Shown here piece after piece: positions 40,816 through 50,857 of a DNA stretch of 64,000 bases (the stretch's first letter is position 1; each line of letters opens with the position of its first letter). Origin of the DNA: Candidatus Heimdallarchaeota archaeon. Lineage in GTDB: Archaea > Asgardarchaeota > Heimdallarchaeia > JABLTI01. The stretch is from NCBI GenBank assembly GCA_019058275.1, contig JAHLVW010000036.1, positions 64,001 to 128,000 on the forward strand. Reading direction: 5' to 3'. The position numbers and the translations under genes were made by a program. Under the pieces are notes generated by a model. It searched no databases. It saw only the letters and a program-made list of their open reading frames with translations, and was not told where the DNA came from.

Positions 40816-41976
40816 GTGGAAAAAAGAAAATTAGGAAACACAGGAATAGAAACTTCGATTTTAGGTTTTGGTTGTATGAGATTACCAACTATCAAAGTAG
40901 GTGAAAATGCAATAAAACATGATGAAGCAATCAAAATTATTCGTAAGGGAATTGACGGTGGAATAAACTATGTTGATTCTGCGTATAATTATCATGCTGA
41001 TGAAAGTGAAATTGTACTTGGTAAAGCTTTGAAAGATGGTTATAGAGAAAAAGTAACACTAGCAACAAAAGCACCAGTTTGGAAAGCTGAATACAATAAA
41101 CCTGAGCATTTCGAAGAATATCTTGATGAGCAATTAAAGAAATTGCAAGTAGATACCATTGATGTCTATTTGCTTCATGCATTAAATGAAGCTCGATGGA
41201 AAAAAATTCAAGATCTGAAATTATATGAACGAGCAGAAGTTGCTAAGAAAGAAGGAAAGATCAAGCATCTAGCATTCTCTTTCCATGATAAACCAGAGAT
41301 TCTAAAGGAAATAATCGATTCCAGTTATTTTGAGGTAATGCTAGTTCAGTACAATGCATTAGATACAGTTAATGAAGAAATGATAAAATATGCTCATGTT
41401 AAAGGAATTGGAGTAGTAATAATGGGTCCTGTTGGTGGAGGAAGATTATCTGGAAATCCACCAAAAGATATGCAAAACCTTCTTACTGAGGGACGAACAA
41501 ATTTCACAGATTTAGCATTGAAATTCGTTTGGACCAATCCTAATGTATCTGTAGCACTCTCAGGTATGGGTTCTGAGGAAATGGTTGATGATAATTTAGC
41601 AGTTACCTCAGGTGATTACAAATTAACAGAGAAAGAGATGAAGAATGTCAAGATCATCACTGAGAAATTCAAAAAATTGACAGACAACATTTGTACAGGC
41701 TGTAATTATTGTATGCCTTGCCCTAATGAGGTTGAAATCTCCTTCATCTTTGAATCGCTTATCTATCATGATGTTTATGGTGATCTAGAACAAGCTAAAA
41801 TTTACTACTCAAAGATTGGTGAGCCCGATTGGCCACCAGGGGAAAACGCAACTGCATGTATTGAATGTGGTGAATGTGAACCTAAGTGCCCACAGAAAAT
41901 ACCCATCATAGATCAACTAAAGAAGGCTCATAAAGTATTATCCCAATTAGGATCTTCTAGATCAAAAGATAACTGA
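40816..41976 (+). CDS. Aldo/keto reductase with C-terminal Fe-S domain
   Basis: LGFGCMRLP, DSAYNY, ATK; CTGCNYCMPCP and CIECGECEPKCP. Confidence 0.93.
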   Translation: MEKRKLGNTGIETSILGFGCMRLPTIKVGENAIKHDEAIKIIRKGIDGGINYVDSAYNYHADESEIVLGKALKDGYREKVTLATKAPVWKAEYNKPEHFEEYLDEQLKKLQVDTIDVYLLHALNEARWKKIQDLKLYERAEVAKKEGKIKHLAFSFHDKPEILKEIIDSSYFEVMLVQYNALDTVNEEMIKYAHVKGIGVVIMGPVGGGRLSGNPPKDMQNLLTEGRTNFTDLALKFVWTNPNVSVALSGMGSEEMVDDNLAVTSGDYKLTEKEMKNVKIITEKFKKLTDNICTGCNYCMPCPNEVEISFIFESLIYHDVYGDLEQAKIYYSKIGEPDWPPGENATACIECGECEPKCPQKIPIIDQLKKAHKVLSQLGSSRSKDN

Positions 41977-42045
41977 GCTAATACTCGGTTATCTCAATTT
42001 ATTAGACAATACATTAACTAAAATTAATATTATGAGGGTTGGAAT

Positions 42046-43068
42046 TTGGAACAAATTCGATTAGGTAGAACAAACTTAAAAGTTTCTCGAGTGGGCATTG
42101 GTGGTATACCTTTACAGCGTCCTTCAGAGAAGAAAGCTATAGAAGTAGTTCAATATGCTGTTGATAATGGAATCAGTATTATTGATACTTCAATTGGTTA
42201 TGGTACTAGTGAGGAGAGAATTGGTAAAGCACTCGTTGGACGAAGAGATGAAGTTATATTAATTACCAGAACTGGTGTGATAGATAAACAACGTGCAACT
42301 GAGCATTTAGAGAAAAGCCTAAGGCAATTACAAACTGATTTTATTGATATTTATGAATTGCATAATATTAGTACTGCTGTAAGGTATCAAGCAGCTACTA
42401 GTGAAGGTGGTTCATTAGAAGCAATTTATGAAGCACAAGATAAAGGTAAGATTGGGTATATTGGAATAACAAGTCACTGTATGAAAACAATCAAAACTGC
42501 TGTTAAATCAGAATTATTTGATATCATACTTTTTCCATTTAATTTTGTAAACAATGAATCTGCTAGTGAGTTAGTTCCTTTAACAAAAAAATATGATATT
42601 GGGTTTACTGCGATGAAACCTTTCGCTGGTGGAAGACTAAATGATGCTAATCTAGCAATAAAGTATCTTTTACAATTCGATAATGTTGTTCCAGTACCTG
42701 GTGTAGAAAAGAAACAAGAAATTGATGAAATTTTGGATGTTGTTAATGGTTCCTGGGTAATGACTGGTGAAGAAAGTCGTAAAATAGAAAATATCCGAAA
42801 GGAATTAGGTAATCCATTTTGTCAATGGTGTGGTTATTGTGAACCAGGATGCCCACAAGAAATCTCTATTCCCATGATTATTAATGCTGAAGGCATGTGG
42901 AAACTTTGGCCCCATGAAAGGATTGTAAATAATTACAAAGAGCTTCTAGTAACTGCAAAAACCTGTATTGATTGTGGGGAATGCGAAGAAAATTGCCCTT
43001 ATAATCTACCAATCAGAGAAATGATGGCTGAAAGTATTGAATATATCGAAAGAAAAATTGAGATTTAG
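42046..43068 (+). CDS. Aldo/keto reductase with C-terminal Fe-S domain
   Basis: GIGGIPLQR, DTSIGYGTSE, MKPFAGG; CQWCGYC and CIDCGECEENCP. Confidence 0.92.
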   Translation: MEQIRLGRTNLKVSRVGIGGIPLQRPSEKKAIEVVQYAVDNGISIIDTSIGYGTSEERIGKALVGRRDEVILITRTGVIDKQRATEHLEKSLRQLQTDFIDIYELHNISTAVRYQAATSEGGSLEAIYEAQDKGKIGYIGITSHCMKTIKTAVKSELFDIILFPFNFVNNESASELVPLTKKYDIGFTAMKPFAGGRLNDANLAIKYLLQFDNVVPVPGVEKKQEIDEILDVVNGSWVMTGEESRKIENIRKELGNPFCQWCGYCEPGCPQEISIPMIINAEGMWKLWPHERIVNNYKELLVTAKTCIDCGECEENCPYNLPIREMMAESIEYIERKIEI

Positions 43069-43083
43069 ATAAGGTGATTAAGA

Positions 43084-43647
43084 ATGAATGAAAAAAAAGA
43101 AAGAATATTAGGTATTGTTGACAGTCCTCGTAAGGGAGGAAATACTGAGACATTGGTTGATGAAGTTTTAGCAGGAGCTAAAGAAGCTGGTGCTGAAATA
43201 TCAAAAATCATCCTCAATGATTTAAATATTGGATATTGTCAAGCGTGTAATTCATGTGCAAATAATGGTAAATGCAGATATGATGATGATATGACTAAAA
43301 TCAATAAGGAAATGAGTGAGAGTACTATTTTTGTTTTCGGAACCCCAGTTTACTATTGGGGTCCAACGGGTATATTCAAAACATTTCATGATCGTTTACT
43401 AGCTACTTCAAGACAAGGAATAATCAAAGGCAAAAAAGCAATACTTGTTGTTCCGTTGGGTGGTCCTGCATCAGTAGCACGACATACAGTAGGAATGCTA
43501 GAAGATGCATTGAATTATCAAATAGCAGATCTAGTTGCTCAAATAGTCTCTCCTTCAACGATGGAAATTGAGGATTTAAAACAGAAAAAAGACATCCTAA
43601 AACAAGCGTATAAAGTTCGTTATGATGCTGTTAAGAAAACAACCTAA
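43084..43647 (+). CDS. Iron-sulfur flavoprotein / NADPH-dependent FMN reductase family
   Basis: SPRKGGNT, CQACNSC...C, GTPVYYW. Confidence 0.9.
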   Translation: MNEKKERILGIVDSPRKGGNTETLVDEVLAGAKEAGAEISKIILNDLNIGYCQACNSCANNGKCRYDDDMTKINKEMSESTIFVFGTPVYYWGPTGIFKTFHDRLLATSRQGIIKGKKAILVVPLGGPASVARHTVGMLEDALNYQIADLVAQIVSPSTMEIEDLKQKKDILKQAYKVRYDAVKKTT

Positions 43648-43684
43648 TAATGAAGAATGATCAGAAGAAGTGAGGAATGAATAA

Positions 43685-44896
43685 ATGAAATACCGTAAAT
43701 TTGGTAAACTAGATTGGAAAGCATCTGTATTGGGATTTGGTTGTATGCGATTGCCATTAATTGATGATGATTATTCCAAAATTGATGAACCTGAAGCAAC
43801 AAAAATGATACATTATGCAATAGATAATGGTATCAATTATCTGGATACAGCCTATAATTACCACCAAGGGAATAGCGAGGTTTTCCTTGGAAAAGCATTG
43901 CAAAATGGTTATCGTGAAAAAGTCAAGCTTGCAACCAAACTCTTACCTATAGAAGTAAAGCAGTATGAGGATTTTGATAAGTTGCTCAACGAGCAGCTAG
44001 AAAAACTACAAACTGATTATGTTGATTTTTATCTTCTTCATGGAATAAATAGACGATGGTTTCCAAAACTGCGTGATCTAGGTGTACTAAAATGGGCTGA
44101 AGGAGCTATTGAAGATGGTCGAATAAAGCATTTAGGCTTTTCATTTCATGATGAATTGGACATTTTCAAAAAAATAGTAGATTCCTATGAAAACTGGACA
44201 TTCTGTCAAATTCTCTATAATTATATGAGTTCAGAGTATCAAGCTGGAACATTAGGATTGAAGTATGCTGCTGCAAAAGGATTGGCAGTTGTGATTATGA
44301 GTCCATTACTTGGCAGTTGGTTAGCTAAAGCACCCCAAGCTGTTCAAGATATATGGGATACTGCTCCAGTAAAACGAACTTCTGCAGAATGGGGTTTACA
44401 GTGGTTGTGGAATCAACCAGAAGTATCTGTTGTCTTAAGTGGTATGAGTACAATGGAAGTAGTTCAGGAGAACATTAATAGTGCAAAAACTTCTGCAATT
44501 GGTAAATTAACAAAGGAAGAATTAGCTATTATAAATAAGGCAAGAGAAGTCTACCATAGGCTAAGAGAAATACCATGTAATAGTTGTGGTTATTGTATGG
44601 ATTGTCCAAATGGAGTCGATATTCCTTATAATTTTAAGTTATTCAATGAAGGTTCAATGTATGAAAATGTACAACGTGCAAGAGGTTGGTACAGATTTAT
44701 GGTGGATGGTTATGAGGGTGATTACCACCGAGAAAAAGGACAAGCTGTCAAATGTACACAATGTCGGGAATGCGAATTAAAATGCCCACAAAATATAGCA
44801 ATAAGTGAATGGATGCCTATTGTTCATCAAGTTCTGGGCGAAAGAAAATCATATGATGACTTTCCAAAACCTAAGCAACTAGTGCCTAAAAGATAA
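43685..44896 (+). CDS. Aldo/keto reductase with C-terminal Fe-S domain
   Basis: LGFGCMRLP, DTAYNYH; CNSCGYCMDCP and CTQCRECELKCP. Confidence 0.93.
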   Translation: MKYRKFGKLDWKASVLGFGCMRLPLIDDDYSKIDEPEATKMIHYAIDNGINYLDTAYNYHQGNSEVFLGKALQNGYREKVKLATKLLPIEVKQYEDFDKLLNEQLEKLQTDYVDFYLLHGINRRWFPKLRDLGVLKWAEGAIEDGRIKHLGFSFHDELDIFKKIVDSYENWTFCQILYNYMSSEYQAGTLGLKYAAAKGLAVVIMSPLLGSWLAKAPQAVQDIWDTAPVKRTSAEWGLQWLWNQPEVSVVLSGMSTMEVVQENINSAKTSAIGKLTKEELAIINKAREVYHRLREIPCNSCGYCMDCPNGVDIPYNFKLFNEGSMYENVQRARGWYRFMVDGYEGDYHREKGQAVKCTQCRECELKCPQNIAISEWMPIVHQVLGERKSYDDFPKPKQLVPKR

Positions 44897-45018
44897 TTTA
44901 CTCAATTAAAAACCCCTAAATCAAGAGAAAGAGCAATTGAATACAGGTTTTCTTAAACATAATAAAATCTCAAGATACGAAAAGGAGATTTAATATACAA
45001 TTTGATGAGGACTGATGA

Positions 45019-45387
45019 ATGTTAGAAATAGCAATAAACCAAATAAATGTTCCAGATTTGGATAAAGCAATAGAGTGGTATACAGAGAAATTAGGATTCA
45101 AAGTATCAAAAGAACACTACTATCCTCCCCAAGCAGTTGATTTATTGCAAAAAAGTGGTATAAGATTACTTCTCTATAAAGTAGAGAAAAGTGTGAAAAT
45201 TGATTATCCGAATGTTAATCAATCAGTTATTATTTTTAAAACTGATGATTTGAAAAAAACCATGAAGACGATGAAAGATAACGGTGTTGAACTAATATAT
45301 CCTGATGCTATTGAATTCCCTGCAGGTCTTTTTAACGCTTTCAAGGATCCCTTTGGAAACGTCCATGAACTCGTACAATTTAGTTAA
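45019..45387 (+). CDS. VOC/glyoxalase family protein
   Basis: VPDLDKAIEWYTEKLGF...FKDPFGNVHEL. Confidence 0.9.
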   Translation: MLEIAINQINVPDLDKAIEWYTEKLGFKVSKEHYYPPQAVDLLQKSGIRLLLYKVEKSVKIDYPNVNQSVIIFKTDDLKKTMKTMKDNGVELIYPDAIEFPAGLFNAFKDPFGNVHELVQFS

Positions 45388-45482
45388 TTATCTCTTCGAA
45401 CTATTATTTGTTTTTTCTTTTCATTTTTTCGTCTATTTATTTTACTTTTTTCTCTTTTTTTATCTATGAAAACCTTTATATT

Positions 45483-45519
45483 CTAGAACATCTATAGACC
45501 ATCTGTAGAGATGTTCTAG
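45483..45519. promoter_or_regulatory. Long inverted repeat (operator) directly after a TATA box
   Basis: CTAGAACATCT-N15-AGATGTTCTAG; TTTATA at about 45475. Confidence 0.65.
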
Positions 45520-45546
45520 GGAATCTCTCTAAGGAGTAGAAAAACG

Positions 45547-46005
45547 ATGTATGAAGAAGCAAAAATGGAAAAACTGACGATCAATCTTCCCCCTGTAGAG
45601 ATTGGACGAGTAGACATTTTAGTTGAAGCTGGGTATTATCCAAGTAGAACTGAATTCATAAGAGCTGCTATAAGGAAAACTTTGGATTCACATCAAGCAT
45701 TCATAGATTCAAAAATCGATGAGCAAAGAGAGGAAATTAAAGTTGCGGAAGCAGATCATAAGAAGTATAGTTCTACGCTTTTTGGTATGGGTGTTATAAG
45801 TATTAACAAAAAAACATTCGAAAGAGCACTTTCCCAAAGTAAGAAAGTGAAAATTCATGTTATTGGAATGCTTAATCTTGAGAGAGATATTACCCCTGAA
45901 TTGATTGAAGAAACGGTTGATACTATTAAGGTCTACGGTGTTTTAAGAGCCTCTAAAGAGGTAAAAGATGCATTGCAAAAGATTAAGAGGAAGGATAAGG
46001 TGTGA
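45547..46005 (+). CDS. CopG/ribbon-helix-helix regulator with C-terminal domain
   Basis: EKLTINLPPVEIGRVDILVEAGYYPSRTEFIRAAIR. Confidence 0.85.
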   Translation: MYEEAKMEKLTINLPPVEIGRVDILVEAGYYPSRTEFIRAAIRKTLDSHQAFIDSKIDEQREEIKVAEADHKKYSSTLFGMGVISINKKTFERALSQSKKVKIHVIGMLNLERDITPELIEETVDTIKVYGVLRASKEVKDALQKIKRKDKV

Positions 46006-46008
46006 AAA

Positions 46009-46122
46009 ATGAAAGTAAATACTGAAATTCATCTACCAAATATACAAATTAATTTACCATTAATGAAAATCAAAATTAATTTGACTGAAAAGAAAATCCT
46101 ATTAATTGTAGGAATTTTATAA
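46009..46122 (+). CDS. 37-aa peptide downstream of the RHH regulator
   Basis: MKVNTEIHLPNIQINLPLMKIKINLTEKKILLIVGIL*; AAGGTG RBS; 3 nt after the RHH stop; followed by a hairpin and T-tract (46128-46157). Confidence 0.5.
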   Translation: MKVNTEIHLPNIQINLPLMKIKINLTEKKILLIVGIL

Positions 46123-46261
46123 CATCTAAAAGGTAAAGAATTATTTCTATGCCTTTTCTCTTCTGTGTCTGTTATTTCATTTTTAGATATCTGTTTCTTT
46201 TCTACAAAAAGTATTAATTAACCAAAATCAATTGTCAATTTAATAATAGATTATTTGAGTT

Positions 46262-48619
46262 ATGTTTGTTGGAGGGTTTATTCCAATGGAAGAAAATACT
46301 TCTATTGAAACAAGAACAGTAGAATCAGTTAAGGGAATATCAAATTTTTCTAACAGACTTTTATTATCTATTCTTTGCTCTGTTGTTGGTTTGGGATTAC
46401 TATCTTTATTAATATATAAGATACCAAATGTTGACTTTGCTAACGGTTACACTCCTTATCCATATAATTTCTTTTATGATATTTATAATGACAGTCGTGT
46501 AGGTGTTGGTCTTGGATATTATATTTTGATGCCAGTAGCAATTTGTCTTATCATGGTTTCAGGAACTACAATTTTGATTAAAAATAATAGGGAAAAGGTA
46601 ATTCTCATCTTAACGAATCTGTTTCTTTATATAGCACCCATTGTGATGGGTTTAATCAAATATTATCAAAATGACATTTATTATGATAGAAATATTGAAC
46701 AACCTTTAGGATTCTTCCCACTTTACCTTAATATCTTCCTTTATGTAGCTCTATTGATAGATCAAACTACTTTTCTCGAATGGATTGGAGCTAAATCAAG
46801 TGATTTGCCAAAAGAGGACAGATTCACTAGAATCTATAGAATAATTAATGCATCAATCTTTGCAGTCATTTATCTATATACTGCTTCTATACCTTTAGTT
46901 GGGATTGTTACCCAGAGAAACCTTTCCTATTATTATATGATGAATCATATGTGGACAATAATCGGAGTTTTTCCTGCTTGGTTCTTTTTTGGTGAATTAA
47001 TTCGTTTATTGGTTACACATTCAGGAGGAAGAAGACTTGTATTAAATACAATTGCTTCTGGAGAATTATCTTTACTAAATATCTCCTTTCAATTGGGCTT
47101 GAAATTGGTACGAGTTCAGAGAATTGTTAGAAGCTATATCGAAAGTGGAGCCATTTTAGGAATACTTTCAGATGACGAGCTATATATCATTCCAAAAAGA
47201 CCTGATGAGCTTTATGCTGAACCTAAAATTGAAGTTGCTGAAAAGGAAGATGAAATAGCTAAAGAAGTTCTTGAAACAAAAATGGAAGCTAAAGCAATTG
47301 CTAGTAACAAATTCTGGATTTCAGTAGCTTTACAAATTATTGCTACTGGATTACTAACACTTCTGATTTGTATGACACCAACCACTATTTTAAGTAGAAT
47401 TATGGGTGGTACTGATCCTAGTGGTAATAATTTCTTTTATCGATGGGATTATACTTTTGATATACCAAATTGGGAAATTACTAGGTTTTCTCCTTATATC
47501 GGATTCTATATTTTGATGCCAATTGCTATTGTTGCATTAGTAGTTTCTGGATTTACTATATTAACTACTGATAAAGAACAATCAAAAAAACTCTCTCTTA
47601 TAAACCTTGGATTATTCCTTATACCTATAATTGTTGGATATGTTTTTGGTACATTGATTTCAATTTATAATATTGATGTATATCAATATTGGAGGAACTT
47701 TCATGGTATAGAATTTACGTTCTTATTAGGTATTATCTACCTTTCACCTTTTATTTTCATTTTAGGCTCTATGTTTATTGAAGAAGAGACATTTATTGAT
47801 TGGTCTGGCTTTCACAAAAAGAAATCACCATTAAATCGTTTAGCTATTGGAAGAATTATTAATGCAATATTATTCTTTTTGTGTTTCATTGGTATGTGGA
47901 TTTATCCAATACTTCTTTGTTTACCTATGAGATTTGCTTCCTACTCAGCTGTTATATTTCTAATGTCATTTTATATTGCTGTGCTAGTTTGGTGGGTATT
48001 TGGAGAACTTGTAAAAATAATCGTTTTTAGAAATCGTCGTAGAAGAATAATCATTGGAATAATTAATCAAGGAATTTACGATTTGAAAACAATATCAAGA
48101 AGATTGAATATTCAGCTAAACGAAGTACAAGATGTTACTTATAGATTAATAGCAGAAGGTAAAATTGAAGGAACATTATCAGATAGCGAAACAAAAATAA
48201 TTCCAATTGAAAAAGAAGATACTATTTTATGCGAAAAGTGTAAAAAATACAATGATAAAGATGCAAAATTCTGTTCTCATTGCGGAGCAACAATTGATAG
48301 AGTAGCTGGTATTTCGAGTTCTACTTCAACTGAACCAACCAAATCGATGAAAAATGATAACGAATACATGCCCAGGAATAAATTGTATGGAATAATTTCA
48401 TTAATAATCGCTTTATTGACAATTCCAATTTATTCCTATATGATGTCATTCGATGCTGACTATTACTTTGTTCAATATCCAATTTTGATTTTCATGTATA
48501 TAGGTTTAATATTAGGAACTAAATCATCTTATTACTGTATAGGAAAAGCTGGATACGCACTTAATGCTGTTGGTATCTTTCCAGTTGCCATTTACATCTT
48601 TGTAATGCTTTTCTGGTAA
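46262..48619 (+). CDS. Polytopic membrane protein with duplicated TM + PCI-like winged-helix modules and a zinc ribbon
   Basis: Two homologous halves (GYYILMPVAI/GFYILMPIAI; FFGELIR/VFGELVK; ESGAILGILSD/EGKIEGTLSD); CEKC...FCSHCG. Confidence 0.7.
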   Translation: MFVGGFIPMEENTSIETRTVESVKGISNFSNRLLLSILCSVVGLGLLSLLIYKIPNVDFANGYTPYPYNFFYDIYNDSRVGVGLGYYILMPVAICLIMVSGTTILIKNNREKVILILTNLFLYIAPIVMGLIKYYQNDIYYDRNIEQPLGFFPLYLNIFLYVALLIDQTTFLEWIGAKSSDLPKEDRFTRIYRIINASIFAVIYLYTASIPLVGIVTQRNLSYYYMMNHMWTIIGVFPAWFFFGELIRLLVTHSGGRRLVLNTIASGELSLLNISFQLGLKLVRVQRIVRSYIESGAILGILSDDELYIIPKRPDELYAEPKIEVAEKEDEIAKEVLETKMEAKAIASNKFWISVALQIIATGLLTLLICMTPTTILSRIMGGTDPSGNNFFYRWDYTFDIPNWEITRFSPYIGFYILMPIAIVALVVSGFTILTTDKEQSKKLSLINLGLFLIPIIVGYVFGTLISIYNIDVYQYWRNFHGIEFTFLLGIIYLSPFIFILGSMFIEEETFIDWSGFHKKKSPLNRLAIGRIINAILFFLCFIGMWIYPILLCLPMRFASYSAVIFLMSFYIAVLVWWVFGELVKIIVFRNRRRRIIIGIINQGIYDLKTISRRLNIQLNEVQDVTYRLIAEGKIEGTLSDSETKIIPIEKEDTILCEKCKKYNDKDAKFCSHCGATIDRVAGISSSTSTEPTKSMKNDNEYMPRNKLYGIISLIIALLTIPIYSYMMSFDADYYFVQYPILIFMYIGLILGTKSSYYCIGKAGYALNAVGIFPVAIYIFVMLFW

Positions 48620-48671
48620 AATACTACAAATCCAAATATCTATGTTAATTGGAATTGGCTAAGCAAAAATC

Positions 48672-49625
48672 TCATATGGGATATTGTAAAGGATAGATAT
48701 CAAAGATATGTATAGACCCCTCCATTTCATATATAGCTTCTTCTGTCCAGTTTAAATTTGACCAATAATTTCCCTCTTGTAATGTTGCATCATACCAACG
48801 ATTATTATACGAAGTATAGCTTTTGCGCTTTTCATAACCTTGTGATCTATTATTATTATTCAAAATATAGTGATTATCTATGAAATTATTATGATATATA
48901 TGATTATAGTCACAATAGTAAAGACTAACACCATAATCAGAATTATATTTAAGGGTATTATGATAAATGACACAAGAATCTGATCTTATAATTATTCCCC
49001 TATCATTAAATTGACAAAGGTTATTTTCAATTGTTGAAAAATCTGAACCAGAAGTTACTTCTATTCCGATAAGAAATCCAAAACAAGTATTGTTTGCAAT
49101 GATTGAATTACGAGAATCGTAAATAGTTATACCATAACCAGAAGTATATATTTCATTATCAAAGCTGCAAGTATTGTTACAAATAACAATATCGGACGCA
49201 AAATAAACAACAATTGATTGAAGATTAGAATAATAATAGGCTTGTTTATATTCCATTATATTATTTTCAATTTTCGCTGTTCCTCTTTTTATATTGTTTA
49301 AGTATATTCCTATTTGATTGAAGATTATTTCACAATTACGAATGACAAAAAAGCTTGTAGTGTCACCAATAAAGATTGCATATCTTTTTTGTGTACTTAA
49401 AATCAAATTTTCAATAATATAAGGATCATTTTCGGTTCCTGAACCTGGAAAGTTGTATCTATTAACAAAGTCACTATTTTTATGAATTACAATTTCACCA
49501 TAGCTGTATTTGCTATGATAGTTTTCCCATATGATGAATCCTGTTGGTGAACCAATCAATATTACAAATGCAGTAGCTAAAGCAAAAATAAGAGTATTTT
49601 TGCTGACATACATTGACTGTGGCAA
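48672..49625 (-). CDS. NosD-like parallel beta-helix surface protein (paralog 1)
   Basis: N-terminal TM, FPGSGTENDPYIIENL, GIxI repeats, GNYWS, YPL. Confidence 0.85.
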   Translation of the reverse strand: MPQSMYVSKNTLIFALATAFVILIGSPTGFIIWENYHSKYSYGEIVIHKNSDFVNRYNFPGSGTENDPYIIENLILSTQKRYAIFIGDTTSFFVIRNCEIIFNQIGIYLNNIKRGTAKIENNIMEYKQAYYYSNLQSIVVYFASDIVICNNTCSFDNEIYTSGYGITIYDSRNSIIANNTCFGFLIGIEVTSGSDFSTIENNLCQFNDRGIIIRSDSCVIYHNTLKYNSDYGVSLYYCDYNHIYHNNFIDNHYILNNNNRSQGYEKRKSYTSYNNRWYDATLQEGNYWSNLNWTEEAIYEMEGSIHIFDIYPLQYPI

Positions 49626-49776
49626 TTTAATCCATCCCTTTACCTAATTGAAAATCTAGTTCACATTTATCACTATAATTAAATAACTTTTAGTTTACAA
49701 GATTTTCCAAATAAATACGATAGCTAATTTTTTACGGAAATTTTCAAAAGCAATCATCAATCTTAATGCATCAGTC

Positions 49777-50718
49777 CTATATTAGTATGGGATATTGTAA
49801 AGGATAAGGATCAGATACCTTTGCGTGACCTTCAATTTCGTATATAGCTTCCTCTGTCCAATTTAAATCTGACCAATAATTCCCCTCGAGTAAAGTTGAA
49901 TTAAACCATCTATCACCATTCCAATCATAAGCTTGAGACCGATTAGGATTGTTTAACATGTTATATAGAAAATTATTATGAAATATGGTATTAGTACTAA
50001 GATATTCTTCGCAATAATTAATGTTCATACCATAAATAATGTTATAAATTAACGTGTTTTGATATATAACACAATAATATGATCTAGCAACATCAATTCC
50101 AAAATAATTTGATCCGCAATAATTCTTTTTAATTTCTATAAAATCAGAGATTCCGATATCTATACCAGAAAAAAATCCAGTACAAGTATTGTTTACAATT
50201 TTTGAATAAGGAGATTTATAAATAGATATTCCGCAACCTTCATTGTTTATCTCATCAAGAATACATATATTATTGTAAATTTTAATTTCTGGTGAAGACT
50301 CAACATCTATAGCTCGGAGAAAACTCGAAATTGAACCTCCCCGATATTTAATCATATTATTTTCAATTTTTGCAGTTCCATCTTTTATATTTTCTAAATA
50401 AATTCCTATCTGACTGAAACTTATTTCACAATTTCGTATTTCAAAAAAGCTTGTTGTTTGATCAATATAAATGACATATCTCAATTCTGTACTAATATCT
50501 AGATTTTCAATTAGATAAGGATCGTTTTCAGTTCCTGAACCTGGAAAGTTATATTTTTTAAAATCCCTGTCTTTATGAATTACAATTTCACCATAGCTGT
50601 ATTTACTATGATAATTTTCCCAAATACTGAACCCTATTGGTGAAGCAATTATTATTACTAATGTTGAAACTAGAACAATTATTAATACATTTTTGCTCAC
50701 AAACATAGACCTTGACAA
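49777..50718 (-). CDS. NosD-like parallel beta-helix surface protein (paralog 2)
   Basis: Same motifs; near-identical termini to paralog 1. Confidence 0.85.
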   Translation of the reverse strand: MSRSMFVSKNVLIIVLVSTLVIIIASPIGFSIWENYHSKYSYGEIVIHKDRDFKKYNFPGSGTENDPYLIENLDISTELRYVIYIDQTTSFFEIRNCEISFSQIGIYLENIKDGTAKIENNMIKYRGGSISSFLRAIDVESSPEIKIYNNICILDEINNEGCGISIYKSPYSKIVNNTCTGFFSGIDIGISDFIEIKKNYCGSNYFGIDVARSYYCVIYQNTLIYNIIYGMNINYCEEYLSTNTIFHNNFLYNMLNNPNRSQAYDWNGDRWFNSTLLEGNYWSDLNWTEEAIYEIEGHAKVSDPYPLQYPILI

Positions 50719-50857
50719 TTAATCCCCATACCTTTGCTTATTTGAATAACTAGTACATATAGATCTTCTAAATTAAAGAATTTATAGTTCACGAGTAATC
50801 TAGCTTAAACACCATAGATATTTTCTTATGGAAATTTTCAAAAGGAATCATTAATGT

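Noticed and set aside
48672-50718. Diversity-generating retroelement (template/variable repeat)
   Set aside because: No reverse transcriptase; differences are not adenine-specific; whole-gene duplication explains the similarity
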